Source: Armatimonadota bacterium (GTDB lineage: Bacteria > Armatimonadota > SYMT01). From it: a stretch of DNA of 64,000 bases. The stretch's first letter is position 1, and each line of letters opens with the position of its first letter. Below are positions 10,015 to 21,081 of the stretch, in pieces. The position numbers were made by a program, and so were the translations under genes. The notes under the pieces were generated by a model that saw nothing but the letters and a program-made list of their open reading frames with translations, was not told the origin of the DNA and searched no databases. The stretch lies in NCBI GenBank assembly GCA_041690135.1, contig JAWLHY010000004.1:96001-160000 (forward strand), read 5' to 3'.

Positions 10015-10833
10015 TTAGTCGTTCGAGGAGGGGGGTCCTGCGGGTTTGGCTGCCGGCTTTTGATCGGTGAGAAACCGGCGGATGGCTTGCGCCACGCCCT
10101 CAGGACGTTCCACCGGGGCCATGTGCCCGCAGTCCGGCAGGAGCTCCAGGCGGGCGCCGGGGATGGCGGATCGGTAGGCTTCGCCGTAGAGGGGAGAAAT
10201 GAGCCGATCGTGCTCCGCCCAGAGGGCCAGCGTGGGCGCCTGAATCCGGCGCAGGCGGCGGGGGAGCTTGGGGTTGAACCAGGGGTTCCAGGCGAGCAGT
10301 GCGGCCGTGCTCATGGCGCGGTACAGCTTCAGCCGCTCCCGGGGCCGCTTCCGCTCCTCGAAGTAGGCCTGGGCGGCGGCGGGATCGTGGAAGATCGTTC
10401 GGGAGAGGTCTTCGCCCTTCAGCGCCGCCAGGTCGGGCATCAGTGCTTCGTCCAGGTGGAGACCGGCCGCATTGAGCAGCACCAGAGCCTCGAGCCGGTC
10501 CGGGTAGGTTACCGCGAACTCCGCCGCGATCCAGCCCCCCAGGGAGAACCCGACCAGGGCCGGCCGTTCCAATTCCAGCCGCCGGAGGAGCTCCTCGTAG
10601 TGCAGCACGAGGTCGTCCATTCCCTCCAGCCACTCCGGCCGCTCCGTGTTGCCGAACCCGGGATGGTCCGGAGCGTAAACGGTGAAGTGCCGGGCCAGTT
10701 CGGCGTGGACCGGCAGCCACTCGCCGGAGGGGGCCACGCCGTGGAGATACACCAACGGCGGCCCCTCACCCGCGCGGAACATGTGGGTCTCCACCCCGGC
10801 GACCGCGACCGTCAACGCTTCCGGCTGCACCAT
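10015..10833 (-). CDS. Alpha/beta fold hydrolase
   Basis: YLHG, PDHPGFG, GFSLGG nucleophile elbow, catalytic D and CGH; start set at MVQPE. Confidence 0.9.
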   Translation of the reverse strand: MVQPEALTVAVAGVETHMFRAGEGPPLVYLHGVAPSGEWLPVHAELARHFTVYAPDHPGFGNTERPEWLEGMDDLVLHYEELLRRLELERPALVGFSLGGWIAAEFAVTYPDRLEALVLLNAAGLHLDEALMPDLAALKGEDLSRTIFHDPAAAQAYFEERKRPRERLKLYRAMSTAALLAWNPWFNPKLPRRLRRIQAPTLALWAEHDRLISPLYGEAYRSAIPGARLELLPDCGHMAPVERPEGVAQAIRRFLTDQKPAAKPAGPPSSND

Positions 10834-10837
10834 CCGC

Positions 10838-11530
10838 CTACTTGTTCCCCAGGGGATGCGGTACCTGGCGGTTGCGCGCGGGCACTTTCTGATCCACGAC
10901 CTTGTAGCCCGCGGGCACTTTGAAGGTCGCGGGCGAGAGCTTCGTCGGCACCGCGATCTTGGTCGCAACAGCACTCAGGTCCATCCCCTGCCCGGTCGAT
11001 TGGAGCTTGAGCGGCACGCCTTTCCACAGCCAGACCTTATAGCCCCCGGCCTCGCGAATCTCGCACGGCTTCCCGAGGACCGTCCCCTTGCCGACTACTT
11101 TCCCCTTATCCCCATTGAGTCCGGGAATCTGCATCCCCGCCGAGGCTTGCTTGATGGCCTCGGGAGTGAGCTGGATCCGGGAGACCACCTTCCCCTGGAG
11201 AGGGAGGTGCAGGTAGAGGTATTTCCCGTCCGAGACGGTCCATTGCTTGATGGTCGGCGGCGCACTGCCTTTGGCGTTAGAAGCGGAGGCTCCCAGGGTG
11301 GCTCCGGAGAAGCTCTGCTCCCAGCGGAACTTCTTGCCGCCGTCGGTCCAGGCGAGGAGGCTGGTGCCCTGCATCGTCCCACCGGTCATCCGGTAGGCGA
11401 CCCGACCGGTGGGGACGGAAAACTTCGGCAATTCGGGTTTGCCCTGGGCGATGGCCGGCAGGCAGCACAGGCCCGCGACCCCGGTGAGAGCCGCGCCCGC
11501 GGCGGCCCGGTGATGGAATGAAAGTTGCAT
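10838..11530 (-). CDS. Secreted hypothetical protein (DUF4412-like)
   Basis: Signal peptide ending AIAQ; GTVLGKPCE, VWLWKGVPLK, FKVPAGY. Confidence 0.7.
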   Translation of the reverse strand: MQLSFHHRAAAGAALTGVAGLCCLPAIAQGKPELPKFSVPTGRVAYRMTGGTMQGTSLLAWTDGGKKFRWEQSFSGATLGASASNAKGSAPPTIKQWTVSDGKYLYLHLPLQGKVVSRIQLTPEAIKQASAGMQIPGLNGDKGKVVGKGTVLGKPCEIREAGGYKVWLWKGVPLKLQSTGQGMDLSAVATKIAVPTKLSPATFKVPAGYKVVDQKVPARNRQVPHPLGNK

Positions 11531-11666
11531 AGGCGCCTAGTTTTTCTGCCCGGTCCTGGGAGGGTCTCTCGCGCTTGCGTCCGGTAAGACCCTCCCCAGT
11601 TTATGGGATGGGCGCGCACTTCGAGACGATTCTCTGCGATCGCACCCTCCAGAATACGGAATGCGC

Positions 11667-11978
11667 CTACGCCAGGTTTCGGGTGGAGGCCGACTCGGGC
11701 CTCAACGCCTCCGCCTCTTCATCATCCCACTCTCCGTCTTCCGAGTGCTGCTGCGACCCACCCCCACCGTCGGGACTGGTGTCAAGCAGGCAGCGCTCAC
11801 CCTGCCGGATCTCCACCCACCCGCCATGAGCACGGTCGACCACGGAAAAGAGGCTGATGAAGCATGCCTCCGCCTGCGCGTAGTGGACGTACTCCACCTG
11901 CTGTATCCTGTCACCGGCCGCACCCACCCAGCGGACCTGGAAACGTACTCCCGACTCCTGGTTCACGGACTTCATCAC
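11667..11978 (-). CDS. Small hypothetical protein
   Basis: 103-aa ORF with acidic tail; no recognised motif. Confidence 0.35.
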   Translation of the reverse strand: MMKSVNQESGVRFQVRWVGAAGDRIQQVEYVHYAQAEACFISLFSVVDRAHGGWVEIRQGERCLLDTSPDGGGGSQQHSEDGEWDDEEAEALRPESASTRNLA

Positions 11979-12513
11979 TGAACGACTCTACAATCTACCC
12001 GGTCGCTGCCGGATGCATAGCTTTTGCGGGTTACCTGCGAAGAGCCCGGGCTCCGATCACTGACGGTTCAACACCCTACGGCGGCCCGGACTTTCCTGGC
12101 GACGCAACGGCCATGGAGGCCCCATTCGCAGCTTCCGGGGTGCCGACGGTGTGTATGGGGATTATGGCGCGGCAAAGGATAACTACCTATGAGGACAGGT
12201 ACGGGTGGGCTGTGAGAGCCGTCACTTCCATCCGTTGAAGGCGACCGTTGTTGTACGGGGGCGTGCCTCGGAGCGCGGCTCCGATAACGTCGCGAAGAAG
12301 GGGTCATCTGACTCCTTCCCCGATCCTCTGGCCCGGAAACTACTCCGAAGGTTGAAGGGGAACTCCCCCTTTCGATGGCCCAAAGTTCCCCACTCGTCAC
12401 CAATGGGGAAGCGGTCCACCCGCCCGGCCGGATCGCGGGATGGGCGGCCCGGCATTCCGGCGGCAATTGTGCGCGCGCCGCGCGGGGTAAAATAGCTCCG
12501 AGGACGCTACCCG

Positions 12514-13677
12514 ATGATTTACCTGGACCATGCCGCTACCACCCGACCCGCACCCGAGGTCGTCGAAGCGATGTTGCCGTACTACCGGGAGGGATACGGC
12601 AACGCCAGCAGCCTCTATTCTCTCGGCAAACAAAGCCGGAAAGCCGTGGAAGAGGCGCGTGAGCTGGCGGCGGCCTTTTTCGGGTGTCGGCCGCAGGAGA
12701 TCGTGTTCACCGGCGGGGGCAGCGAAAGCGACAACCTGGCGCTGCGCGGCGTGATGTGGGCGCTCCGCTCCCGCGGCAACCACCTGATCACCACGCGGGT
12801 GGAGCATCACGCCGTGCTCTACACCGCGGAGGCGCTGGAACGCCAGGGGTTTGAAGTCACCTACCTGGAGCCGGACCGGCAGGGCCGCGTTTCCGCCGAG
12901 CAGGTGGCGGAAGCGATCACGGAGCGCACCGTGCTGATCAGCGTGATGCACGGGAACAACGAGGTCGGGACCTTGATGCCGATCGAGGCGATTGGCCGGC
13001 TCGCCCGCGAGCGGGGCATTCTCTTCCACACCGATGCCGTGCAAACCGTCGGCCAACTCCCGCTCTCCGTGCGGGACCTTCCCTGCGACCTGCTCTCCAT
13101 GTCCGCGCACAAGGTGTACGGCCCGAAAGGCGTGGGCCTCCTTTACCGGCGGATGGGGGTGCCGCTGGTGCCGCACCTAACCGGCGGCGACCAGGAGTTC
13201 GGGCTGCGGGCAGGCACGGAGAACGTTCCGGCCATCGTGGGCCTGGGGAAGGCTTTGGAACTGGCCTATGCCGCCCTTCAGGAGGGGGAACCCCAGCGCG
13301 AGCAAGGCCTGCGCGACCGGCTCATTGCGGGAGTGCTGGCGGCCCTCCCGGACGCGGAGCTTACCGGCCATCCCACGGAGCGGCTCCCGAACCACACCAG
13401 CTTCCGCTTCCCCCTGATCGAAGGGGAGCCGCTGCTGTTGAACCTGGATATGCGCGGCATCTGCGGCAGCAGCGGGGCCGCGTGTGCCAGTGGCGAGATC
13501 GAACCCAGCCACGTCCTCCTGGCGATCGGCTACACCCGCCAGGAGGCACACGGAGCCCTTCGCCTCACCGTCGGACGCGAGAACACTTCGGAGGAGATCG
13601 AGGAGGTTGTGCGCGTACTACCGCCGCTGGTCGAAAGCCTGCGCAAACTCCGCACCCCTGCCCCGTCGCGCACCTGA
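12514..13677 (+). CDS. iscS: Cysteine desulfurase (IscS/NifS family)
   Basis: IYLDHAATT, HTDAVQ, SAHKVYGPKGVG, RAGTEN, SSGAAC catalytic Cys, PSHVLLAIG. Confidence 0.95.
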   Translation: MIYLDHAATTRPAPEVVEAMLPYYREGYGNASSLYSLGKQSRKAVEEARELAAAFFGCRPQEIVFTGGGSESDNLALRGVMWALRSRGNHLITTRVEHHAVLYTAEALERQGFEVTYLEPDRQGRVSAEQVAEAITERTVLISVMHGNNEVGTLMPIEAIGRLARERGILFHTDAVQTVGQLPLSVRDLPCDLLSMSAHKVYGPKGVGLLYRRMGVPLVPHLTGGDQEFGLRAGTENVPAIVGLGKALELAYAALQEGEPQREQGLRDRLIAGVLAALPDAELTGHPTERLPNHTSFRFPLIEGEPLLLNLDMRGICGSSGAACASGEIEPSHVLLAIGYTRQEAHGALRLTVGRENTSEEIEEVVRVLPPLVESLRKLRTPAPSRT

Positions 13678-13750
13678 GAACCCGTCTGCGAGCCTGTCAA
13701 AGAGGTGGAATACCGTCGCGGAACGCCGCGGCCGGCCCGGTACCGAGTCT

Positions 13751-15418
13751 TCAGTGGCCGTTGGGCGAGATCAGCGACTGCTGTGTGCGCTCGGGAGGCG
13801 TGTCCGAGAGGGCGGCCCGGGGCAGGTAAATCCGGATAGCCGTACCCCGGCCGGGCTCGCTGTCCACTCGCACGTAGCCCCCACTCTGTGCGAAGAACCC
13901 GTACACGGCAGCCAGGTCCAACCCGGCCGGTCCCCGTGACGGACCGGCCCCATAGAACGGCTCGAAGAGGCGCGCGCGCTCTTCGGTGCTCATGGCCGGC
14001 CCGGTGTCCGCGATGGTCAGTGAAACATGGGGCACGGCGGTCGCCACTCCCTGCGGCGCCTCACGAGGTCCGAGACCACGCACCGTAAGCGTGAGCGTGC
14101 CGCCCTTCGGCATGGCCGTACAGGCGCGTTGAACCAGCGTGAGGATCGCCTCCCGCAGGAGTTGGGGGTCGATACACACGGTCTCCGGATTCGCATCGGG
14201 AACCACAATGACACGGATGGACGGACCGGCCAGACCGGTTATCTCCGGCTTCAACCGGTTAATGAAGGCACTCAGATCCGTGAGGCGTGGATCGAGAAAC
14301 TGCCGTCGGCCGAAAGCGAGCAGTTGGCGGGTCATCTCCGCGGTGCGCTCGCCGGCGCGCTGGATGCTCTCCACCGCCTGACGCATCGGATCTCCGGCCT
14401 CGAGACGCTCCAGCAGGAGTTCGCTCTGTCCCAGGATGACGGCCAGCATGTTATTGAACTCGTGAGCCACGCCCCCCGCCAGGGCGCCCACTCCCTGAAG
14501 GTGCTGTGTTTGGCATTCCTGAGACGACCAGGGGCAGTCCGCCGACGTCCGGGCTCCCAGCAGCAATGCGGTAATCGCGGAGAACGCAGCCAGGCCGGTA
14601 ACCGTCTCCTCTCGAAATGGCTGCTGTCCGAATACCGCAAGTACCCCCCGCAACGTGCCCCCCTGATAGAGCGGGAAGGCTGCCACGGAGTCCACTCCCT
14701 GTTCAACCAACCACTCCGGATTAAATAGCGGGTTGCTCTGCAGCCGGCTGCCCAGATAAGGTCGCCCCTGGTTCGCGGCCTCACGCACTTCCGGAGGAAG
14801 CTCGGCCTCGACGAACGGACGAGAGTTCCGCTCCCAGGGGTCCTCTCCGCAGCCAACGCTCAAGTGCAGGCGCCAGATACTTTCTTCCGCCTCAATCAAC
14901 CAGAGGCGCACCAGGGCGGCGCCGAACTCCGCCGTAGGTACGCGCAGGAGGTCGACGGGGGTGTCGGATCCGGCCGCGGAAGTGTTGGCCCGGACTGCCG
15001 GGTCGATCGCCGCGCGCAAGCAGGTACTGAGGGTCACCTGCCGCAGAAGAGCAGGGGCAACGCGGCTCTCCTGCAATGTAAGTAAGAACTGCGTCTCACC
15101 CGAATCCGCTGTAAGCGCCGTTACGGTCAGAGAAGCGTCCAGTTCGGCGGCATGACTCCGAAGCAACCGAACGGCGATCGGTTGGGGCAGCAGTGCACGT
15201 TCCGTCTCGGACAGGTGGCGGCTCAACCAAACGGTGTTAAGGGTTCCGCTCTCCTCGCGCAGAATTCTCGTAACCGGCTGGGCAACCAGTGCCTCCCGGG
15301 TGCTCCCATACAACCGTTCGGCCGCCTGGTTGGCAAAGAGAACGCACCGGGCCTCATCCACCAGGAGGGCTGCAGTGGGCAGTGCATCGAGTGCCTGCCT
15401 AAGAAGTGGGGATGCCAT
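13751..15418 (-). CDS. PAS-GAF-HisKA protein with degenerate HATPase domain (probable pseudokinase or phosphotransferase)
   Basis: PAS (FANQAAERLYG), GAF (SVAAFPL..LRGVL), H-box GVAHEFNNML; N, G1 and G2 boxes altered (TLVQRA, DTGPAM, AGLDL). Confidence 0.85.
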   Translation of the reverse strand: MASPLLRQALDALPTAALLVDEARCVLFANQAAERLYGSTREALVAQPVTRILREESGTLNTVWLSRHLSETERALLPQPIAVRLLRSHAAELDASLTVTALTADSGETQFLLTLQESRVAPALLRQVTLSTCLRAAIDPAVRANTSAAGSDTPVDLLRVPTAEFGAALVRLWLIEAEESIWRLHLSVGCGEDPWERNSRPFVEAELPPEVREAANQGRPYLGSRLQSNPLFNPEWLVEQGVDSVAAFPLYQGGTLRGVLAVFGQQPFREETVTGLAAFSAITALLLGARTSADCPWSSQECQTQHLQGVGALAGGVAHEFNNMLAVILGQSELLLERLEAGDPMRQAVESIQRAGERTAEMTRQLLAFGRRQFLDPRLTDLSAFINRLKPEITGLAGPSIRVIVVPDANPETVCIDPQLLREAILTLVQRACTAMPKGGTLTLTVRGLGPREAPQGVATAVPHVSLTIADTGPAMSTEERARLFEPFYGAGPSRGPAGLDLAAVYGFFAQSGGYVRVDSEPGRGTAIRIYLPRAALSDTPPERTQQSLISPNGH

Positions 15419-17195
15419 CCGAGTTCCTAACGGTGCCGCAGAGGGTTAGCGTTTGCCGGGTTTCCGTAAATCCGTTCCCCTCAGGACGGAGCGAAGGGTG
15501 GTTTCCCTCGAGCACCTGGCGGATGGTTCCACAAAGAGCCGCCGCGGAGAACGGCTTCTGCAGGAACGGAACCTCCATCGGCCGTACGCCGTGGCGGAGA
15601 AGACACTCATCCACGTACCCGGACATGTAGACCACCCGAACATCCGGCTGCAGTTTCCGGATCTCCTCAGCCATTTCCCGGCCGCTCATTTCAGGCATGA
15701 CCACGTCCGTCAACAAAAGATGGAGCGGACCCCGATGCTCTTTGCACAGTTCGACCGCCTGCGAGGGAGACTCAGCTTCCACTATATTGTATCCGCTTGA
15801 CCTAAGTATATCGGCAACAAGTCCCCGCACCATCGGCTCGTCTTCCACCAGGAGCAGTGTCTCGCTGCCGGTTGAAGCAGCCTCGGGCTCTTCGGGCGCC
15901 GCTGTGGACCGCGGGGCACCGGTCACCGCCGGCAGGTAAACCTCGAAGGTGGTCCCCAGGCCCGGTTCGCTTTTCACCCGAACCGTACCCCCACTCTGCT
16001 GGACAATTCCAAGGACCACGCTCAGCCCCAGGCCGGTTCCCTCTCCGGGTTGTTTCGTGGTAAAGAAAGGCTCAAAGATGCGCGAAAGGTGGGCGGGATC
16101 GATCCCGCAACCCGTGTCGGTGACGCGCAAGAGCACACAGGGCTCCGGCTCGCGGGTCTCGGATCCTTCAACGCCTGGTACATTGCCGTATGTGGCGATG
16201 TGGACCGTTCCGCCCAGCGGCATCGCGTCTCGGGCGTTGACCACCAGGTTCATCAGCACCTGTTCGAGCTTCCCCGGATCCACCGAGACCAGGACGTCCG
16301 ACGCCCGCAGGTCCACTATCAACTGCACGTCTTCACCCAGGAGCCGGCGGAGAATGGTAAGGAAGTCACGGATGACGTCGTCCAGGCACAGGACCTGTGG
16401 CGAAAGTGACTGCTTGCGACTGAAGGCCAGCAGCTGGCGGGTCAGCACGGCGCTCCGAGCTGCGGCTTTCACGATTTCCCCGGCAGCCGCCCGCAGCGGA
16501 TGAGTGCTTTCCAACTGGCTCAAGAGGAGGTCGCCGTAACCCTGGATCACGGCCAGCATGTTGTTGAAATCGTGCGCGAGGCCTCCCGCGAGACGCCCGA
16601 TCGCCTCCAGCTTCTGGGACTGCTGAAGCTGCTCCCGCAGTAACGCATCGGCCTGCTGCCGGGTGGCGCTTTCCAGCAGGAGAGACGCCAATTGCGCGAG
16701 CACCTCCAACACCGGCGCGTCTCGCTCGGCATCTTCTCCCGTTCCCCGGACGATCCCCAGGCAGCCGATCCATTTCGTATCCCGCGCCAAGGGAGCGATC
16801 CGCAGTGAGAGCGTCGTCCCGTCGGAATCCCGCAGGGGGGTCTCCTGCCCGGTCGATAAACCCAACTCCGCACCCTCCGACAACCTCTCGGAGAGTAAGG
16901 CGTGGAATTGCTCCGCCAGGACCTCGAACTCCCGGTCTCCCGACGCCGGTGCGAGCGGATGGTGTCCCTCTCCGCCCTCTACCCGTCCGATATCGGCCCG
17001 CGGGCGGATGAGAAACACCGGGTTCGGTGCAGCCAACCAGATGAACGCGTAGCGACCGCCGGTGAGTTGCAGGGCACCTTCGAGCAGGATGCGCGCCGCA
17101 TTCTCCCACACCTGGCCCTCGGCTCCCCCGGGCACAACCGGGCATACCTGCGAAGAAGGTGCTTCGCAGAGGTCGGTTTGTGAAGACGTAGCCAT
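15399..17195 (-). CDS. Hybrid sensor histidine kinase/response regulator (GAF-like, HisKA, HATPase, REC)
   Basis: AHDFNNML, NLVVNARDAM, DTGCG, FEPFFTTK, GTGLGL; REC with LVEDE, TDVVMP, FLQKPF; start set at MATSS. Confidence 0.92.
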   Translation of the reverse strand: MATSSQTDLCEAPSSQVCPVVPGGAEGQVWENAARILLEGALQLTGGRYAFIWLAAPNPVFLIRPRADIGRVEGGEGHHPLAPASGDREFEVLAEQFHALLSERLSEGAELGLSTGQETPLRDSDGTTLSLRIAPLARDTKWIGCLGIVRGTGEDAERDAPVLEVLAQLASLLLESATRQQADALLREQLQQSQKLEAIGRLAGGLAHDFNNMLAVIQGYGDLLLSQLESTHPLRAAAGEIVKAAARSAVLTRQLLAFSRKQSLSPQVLCLDDVIRDFLTILRRLLGEDVQLIVDLRASDVLVSVDPGKLEQVLMNLVVNARDAMPLGGTVHIATYGNVPGVEGSETREPEPCVLLRVTDTGCGIDPAHLSRIFEPFFTTKQPGEGTGLGLSVVLGIVQQSGGTVRVKSEPGLGTTFEVYLPAVTGAPRSTAAPEEPEAASTGSETLLLVEDEPMVRGLVADILRSSGYNIVEAESPSQAVELCKEHRGPLHLLLTDVVMPEMSGREMAEEIRKLQPDVRVVYMSGYVDECLLRHGVRPMEVPFLQKPFSAAALCGTIRQVLEGNHPSLRPEGNGFTETRQTLTLCGTVRNSDGIPTS

Positions 17196-17403
17196 AACTA
17201 TCCAGACGGTCGATTGAGGGGCTTGCCTGATCCTACTTTGGGATGGAATAGCTCTGCACCCCCCAAATAAGGTGAGAGTGTGACCCTTCCGAGCTCCTTC
17301 GCTTGCTGAGTTTCCGGGGAACTTGAGCCAACGGAAGGAGTAGCAGCCCGGCTTGCGGAATACCTTACGGATAGTCCAATTGCTAATGAGGAGTCCGCTG
17401 TCA

Positions 17404-19056
17404 GTGCAGACCGAGACTAAAAGTGCCCCTGAATTAGAACCCTCTAGTGAGCAGAAACTCCCCGATCCCGGCGCCCTACCGGCCTGGGAGGTCGGTGAGA
17501 TGCCCGCTCCCGTCCCCTTCGGCTGGCGCACCGTACTGCAATCGATCGGTCCCGGCATTGTGGTGTTGGGGGGAAGCATCGGCACCGGCGAATGGCTGAT
17601 GGGTCCCGCCGTCACCGTGAAGTTCCAGGGCCAGATGCTCTGGATCGCCACGCTGGCCATCCTCCTGCAGAGCATGCTGAACTGCGAGGTGGTGCGCTAC
17701 GCACTCGCCACGGGCGAGCCGATCTTCACCGGCTACCTCCGCAGCAAGCCCGGTCCCCGCTTCTGGTCCATCATCTACCTGATGTGCGACTTCGGAATCT
17801 TCTTCCCCGCCTTTGCGGGTGCGCTCGCACAGTTGCTGGTAGCGGCCTACCTGGGAGAAGGGAATTCGGTCACCAAAGAGCACACCACCCTGATCATGAT
17901 GGTGGGCGTCTCGGTCAGCCTCATCAGCTTCGTTCTCACCCTGTTCGGCGGTAAGATCTACAACACGATGCTCGCCTGTATGACCTTCAAGGTCATCTGG
18001 GTGCTGGCGTTCCTCCTCTTCGTTGACGTTTTGCTGGTGAGCCCCGAAAACTGGAGTCGGCTCTTCCGCGGTTTCTTCTTCCCCTTCGATCAGAACGGCC
18101 TGATGCTCCCGAAGGACCTGAAGATCGAAGACTTCGCTACCATCGCGGGCTTCGCCGCCTTCGCGGGCGCGGGCGGCCTCAGCAACGCCACCGTGAGCAA
18201 CTACGCGCGGGAGAAGGGCTGGGGCATGGGCGCCCATGTCGGCTGCATTCCCAGCGCGGTCGGCGGGGCGGCGGTCGAACTCTCCCCCCTGGGAACCATT
18301 TTCCGGCCTACCGAAGAGGCAATGCGCCGCTGGAAGGCCTGGTGGGCGCATATCCACTTCGATCAGTATGTGGTGTGGGTGATCGGCTGTTTTGCCGGCG
18401 TCATCCTGCCGGCCGCTATGTCGCTGGGCGTCCTCTCGCTCGGACCGGACGGCAAACTGGACCAGATGCAGATTGCGTCGATGCAGGCCCAGGGAATCGC
18501 GGATACGGTCGGCGGGCGCTGGCCCGGCCTCCGGATGCTGTTCTGGTATCTCACGCTGTTCACCGGGTTCCTCATCATCTGGTTCACCCTGCTGCAGGCG
18601 CTGGACCACACCACCCGGCGCTGGACCGATATCCTCTGGACCGGCAGCAGCAAGGCGCGCGACGCGGCCGGGGGCGCCGGAGTGCGGAAAATCTACTACG
18701 GGATCGCCTTCGGCTACGCCATCGTGAACTGCGTGGTCCTCATCGCCAACACGATGATCGGCGCCACCCCCATGGCGATCGTGTTGCTGACCGCGGTCAG
18801 CCAGGGTTTTGCCACGGGTGTCACGGCCATTCACACCCTCTACGTCAACCGCCGTTTCTTGCCGAAGCAACTCCACGCCCCGGCGTGGCGCGAGGTGGGA
18901 TTGGTGCTCTGCGCCCTGTTCTACTTCAGCATGACGACGCTTGCCGTTTATCCCAAGATCCGTGACTTCGTGGCTCCGAAAACGGCCCAGGCGGCGGCGG
19001 CGCCGGCCCCCGCGGCGCCGGCCGGTGGCACCGTCTGGCCTCTGGGGCGGAAATAA
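17404..19056 (+). CDS. Nramp-like (APC superfamily) membrane transporter
   Basis: IGPGIVVLGGSIGTGEWLMGP, RYALATGEPIFTG, about 11 hydrophobic segments; GTG start after GAGGAG. Confidence 0.8.
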   Translation: MQTETKSAPELEPSSEQKLPDPGALPAWEVGEMPAPVPFGWRTVLQSIGPGIVVLGGSIGTGEWLMGPAVTVKFQGQMLWIATLAILLQSMLNCEVVRYALATGEPIFTGYLRSKPGPRFWSIIYLMCDFGIFFPAFAGALAQLLVAAYLGEGNSVTKEHTTLIMMVGVSVSLISFVLTLFGGKIYNTMLACMTFKVIWVLAFLLFVDVLLVSPENWSRLFRGFFFPFDQNGLMLPKDLKIEDFATIAGFAAFAGAGGLSNATVSNYAREKGWGMGAHVGCIPSAVGGAAVELSPLGTIFRPTEEAMRRWKAWWAHIHFDQYVVWVIGCFAGVILPAAMSLGVLSLGPDGKLDQMQIASMQAQGIADTVGGRWPGLRMLFWYLTLFTGFLIIWFTLLQALDHTTRRWTDILWTGSSKARDAAGGAGVRKIYYGIAFGYAIVNCVVLIANTMIGATPMAIVLLTAVSQGFATGVTAIHTLYVNRRFLPKQLHAPAWREVGLVLCALFYFSMTTLAVYPKIRDFVAPKTAQAAAAPAPAAPAGGTVWPLGRK

Positions 19057-19188
19057 ACCTCAAAACGGCCCCTCATGCGCCCGGTTGCTCGCATGCCGCG
19101 GGCGTCCGGGCGCGATACCATATCCGGGGCAGGGAGCCGGAGGCGCCGGCCCCCAGACTTTCAGTTCCTGATACCGGAAGGAGACGAA

Positions 19189-19593
19189 GTGGTCGAGCGG
19201 AGTTTCGTAATGGTTAAGCCGGACGGCGTCCGGCGGGCTCTGGTGGGCGAGTGCATCCGCCGCTTCGAACAGCGCGGTCTTCAGATCACCGCTCTCAAAA
19301 TGTTGACCCCGAGCCGCGAGCTCGCGGAGAACCACTACGGCGCGCACCGGGGAAAGCCGTTTTTTGACGGCGTGGTGGAGTTCATCAGCTCCGGGCGGGT
19401 CGTGGCCATGGTCGTGGAAGGTGAGAGCGCTATCGCGGCGATTCGCCAGATGGTCGGCGCGACTCGCCCGCTGGAAGCGGCGCCCGGCAGCATCCGCGGC
19501 GATTTCGCGCTGGACGTGGGCGAAAACATCATCCACGCCAGCGACGGACCGGAAACGGCCGCAGCCGAGATCCAGCTCTGGTTCGGCGAGTAG
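19189..19593 (+). CDS. ndk: Nucleoside diphosphate kinase
   Basis: [35 protein letters not shown]; GTG start after GAAGGAG. Confidence 0.97.
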   Translation: MVERSFVMVKPDGVRRALVGECIRRFEQRGLQITALKMLTPSRELAENHYGAHRGKPFFDGVVEFISSGRVVAMVVEGESAIAAIRQMVGATRPLEAAPGSIRGDFALDVGENIIHASDGPETAAAEIQLWFGE

Positions 19594-19688
19594 CTCGCCG
19601 GCCACCCACTGGTTCCGGAAACGGGGTGCGGCGCTTGCCGGACCCCGTTTCCATTGTCAGTGGCGACCGGGCTATGAAAGGGAAAACC

Positions 19689-20984
19689 ATGCAGACTTCG
19701 ACCTCACGGTCGCTTTTCGAGCGCGCGTCCCGGATCATTCCGGGTGGGGTGAACAGCCCGGTCCGCGCGTTCAAGAGTGTCGGCGGCAACCCGCTGTTCA
19801 TTCAGCGAGCCTACGGATCCCGGCTCGTGGACGCCGACGGGAACGAGTACATCGATTACGTCGGCTCCTGGGGACCCATGATTCTCGGACATGCGCACCC
19901 GCGGGTCCTGGAAGCGGTCCACGCCGCGGTCGACCGGGGCACCAGCTACGGCGCGCCGACCGAACTGGAGGTGCAACTCGCCGAGAAAATCATATCCGCC
20001 GTGCCTTCCACGGAGGTGGTGCGCCTGGTCAACTCGGGCACCGAGGCGGTAATGTCGGCGATCCGGTTGGCGCGCGGGTTCACGGGACGGGAAAAAATCG
20101 TCAAGTTCAATGGCTGCTATCATGGCCACTCGGACGGCCTCCTCTCGAGTGCCGGATCCGGCCTGGCCACGCTGGGAATCCCGGATTGCCCCGGGGTGCC
20201 GGCATCGTTCGCCGCGTTGACGATCAGCGTGCCGTTCAACGACCCGGAGGCCGTGGAAGCCGTATTCCGCCAGGATGGCGATCAGATTGCCTGCGTCATC
20301 GTGGAGCCCGTCGCGGGCAACATGGGCTGTGTGCCGCCCGAGCCCGGCTTCCTCGAAGGCCTCCGCGAGGTCACCCAGCGGCACGGGGCGCTCCTGATTC
20401 TGGACGAGGTGATGACCGGCTTCCGGCTCGCCTATGGGGGCGCCCAGGCCCGGTTCGGAATCACCCCGGACCTCACCACCTTCGGCAAGGTCGTGGGGGG
20501 CGGTTTCCCACTGGCTGCCTACGGCGGGCGTCGTGACATCATGGAGAAAATGGCGCCGGCCGGACCCGTCTACCAGGCGGGAACCCTTTCCGGCAACCCC
20601 GTCGCGGTAAGCGCGGGATTGGCCCAACTGGACCTGCTGGAAGACGGTCAGGCCTACGAGATCCTGGAAGCGCGCGGCGCGCAACTGGAAGCCGGGCTCC
20701 GGACTGCGGCCCAGGAAGCCGGTATCCCCTGCACCGTCAACCGCGTGGGCAGCATGATCACCGGTTTCTTCACCGATCGCCCGGTGCGCAGCTATGAGGA
20801 CGCAAAGACCAGCGACACGGCGCGTTTCGGAACCTTCTTCCGCGCGATGCTCGAACGGGGAATCTACCTGGCGCCGAGCCAGTTCGAAGCCGCCTTCCTC
20901 AGCACTGCCCACAGCGAAGCGGATGTTGATAAGACCGTAATGGCCGCGCGGGAATGCCTGCAGGCGCTCGCCGCAGGAAGCTAG
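19689..20984 (+). CDS. hemL: Glutamate-1-semialdehyde 2,1-aminomutase
   Basis: [65 protein letters not shown]. Confidence 0.97.
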   Translation: MQTSTSRSLFERASRIIPGGVNSPVRAFKSVGGNPLFIQRAYGSRLVDADGNEYIDYVGSWGPMILGHAHPRVLEAVHAAVDRGTSYGAPTELEVQLAEKIISAVPSTEVVRLVNSGTEAVMSAIRLARGFTGREKIVKFNGCYHGHSDGLLSSAGSGLATLGIPDCPGVPASFAALTISVPFNDPEAVEAVFRQDGDQIACVIVEPVAGNMGCVPPEPGFLEGLREVTQRHGALLILDEVMTGFRLAYGGAQARFGITPDLTTFGKVVGGGFPLAAYGGRRDIMEKMAPAGPVYQAGTLSGNPVAVSAGLAQLDLLEDGQAYEILEARGAQLEAGLRTAAQEAGIPCTVNRVGSMITGFFTDRPVRSYEDAKTSDTARFGTFFRAMLERGIYLAPSQFEAAFLSTAHSEADVDKTVMAARECLQALAAGS

Positions 20985-21081
20985 CTCGGGGGCGGCTGGC
21001 CGACTCCGCCTGCTGCCCCATGAACGATGAGCCGTTCCGGTGCGCTCCAAGACGGACCGGAACCATCCTGGAGGAATTCCG

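Noticed and set aside
12000-12510. Riboswitch or ncRNA upstream of iscS
   Set aside because: Short hairpins exist, but I could not match SAM or other riboswitch consensus elements; an Rfam scan is needed.
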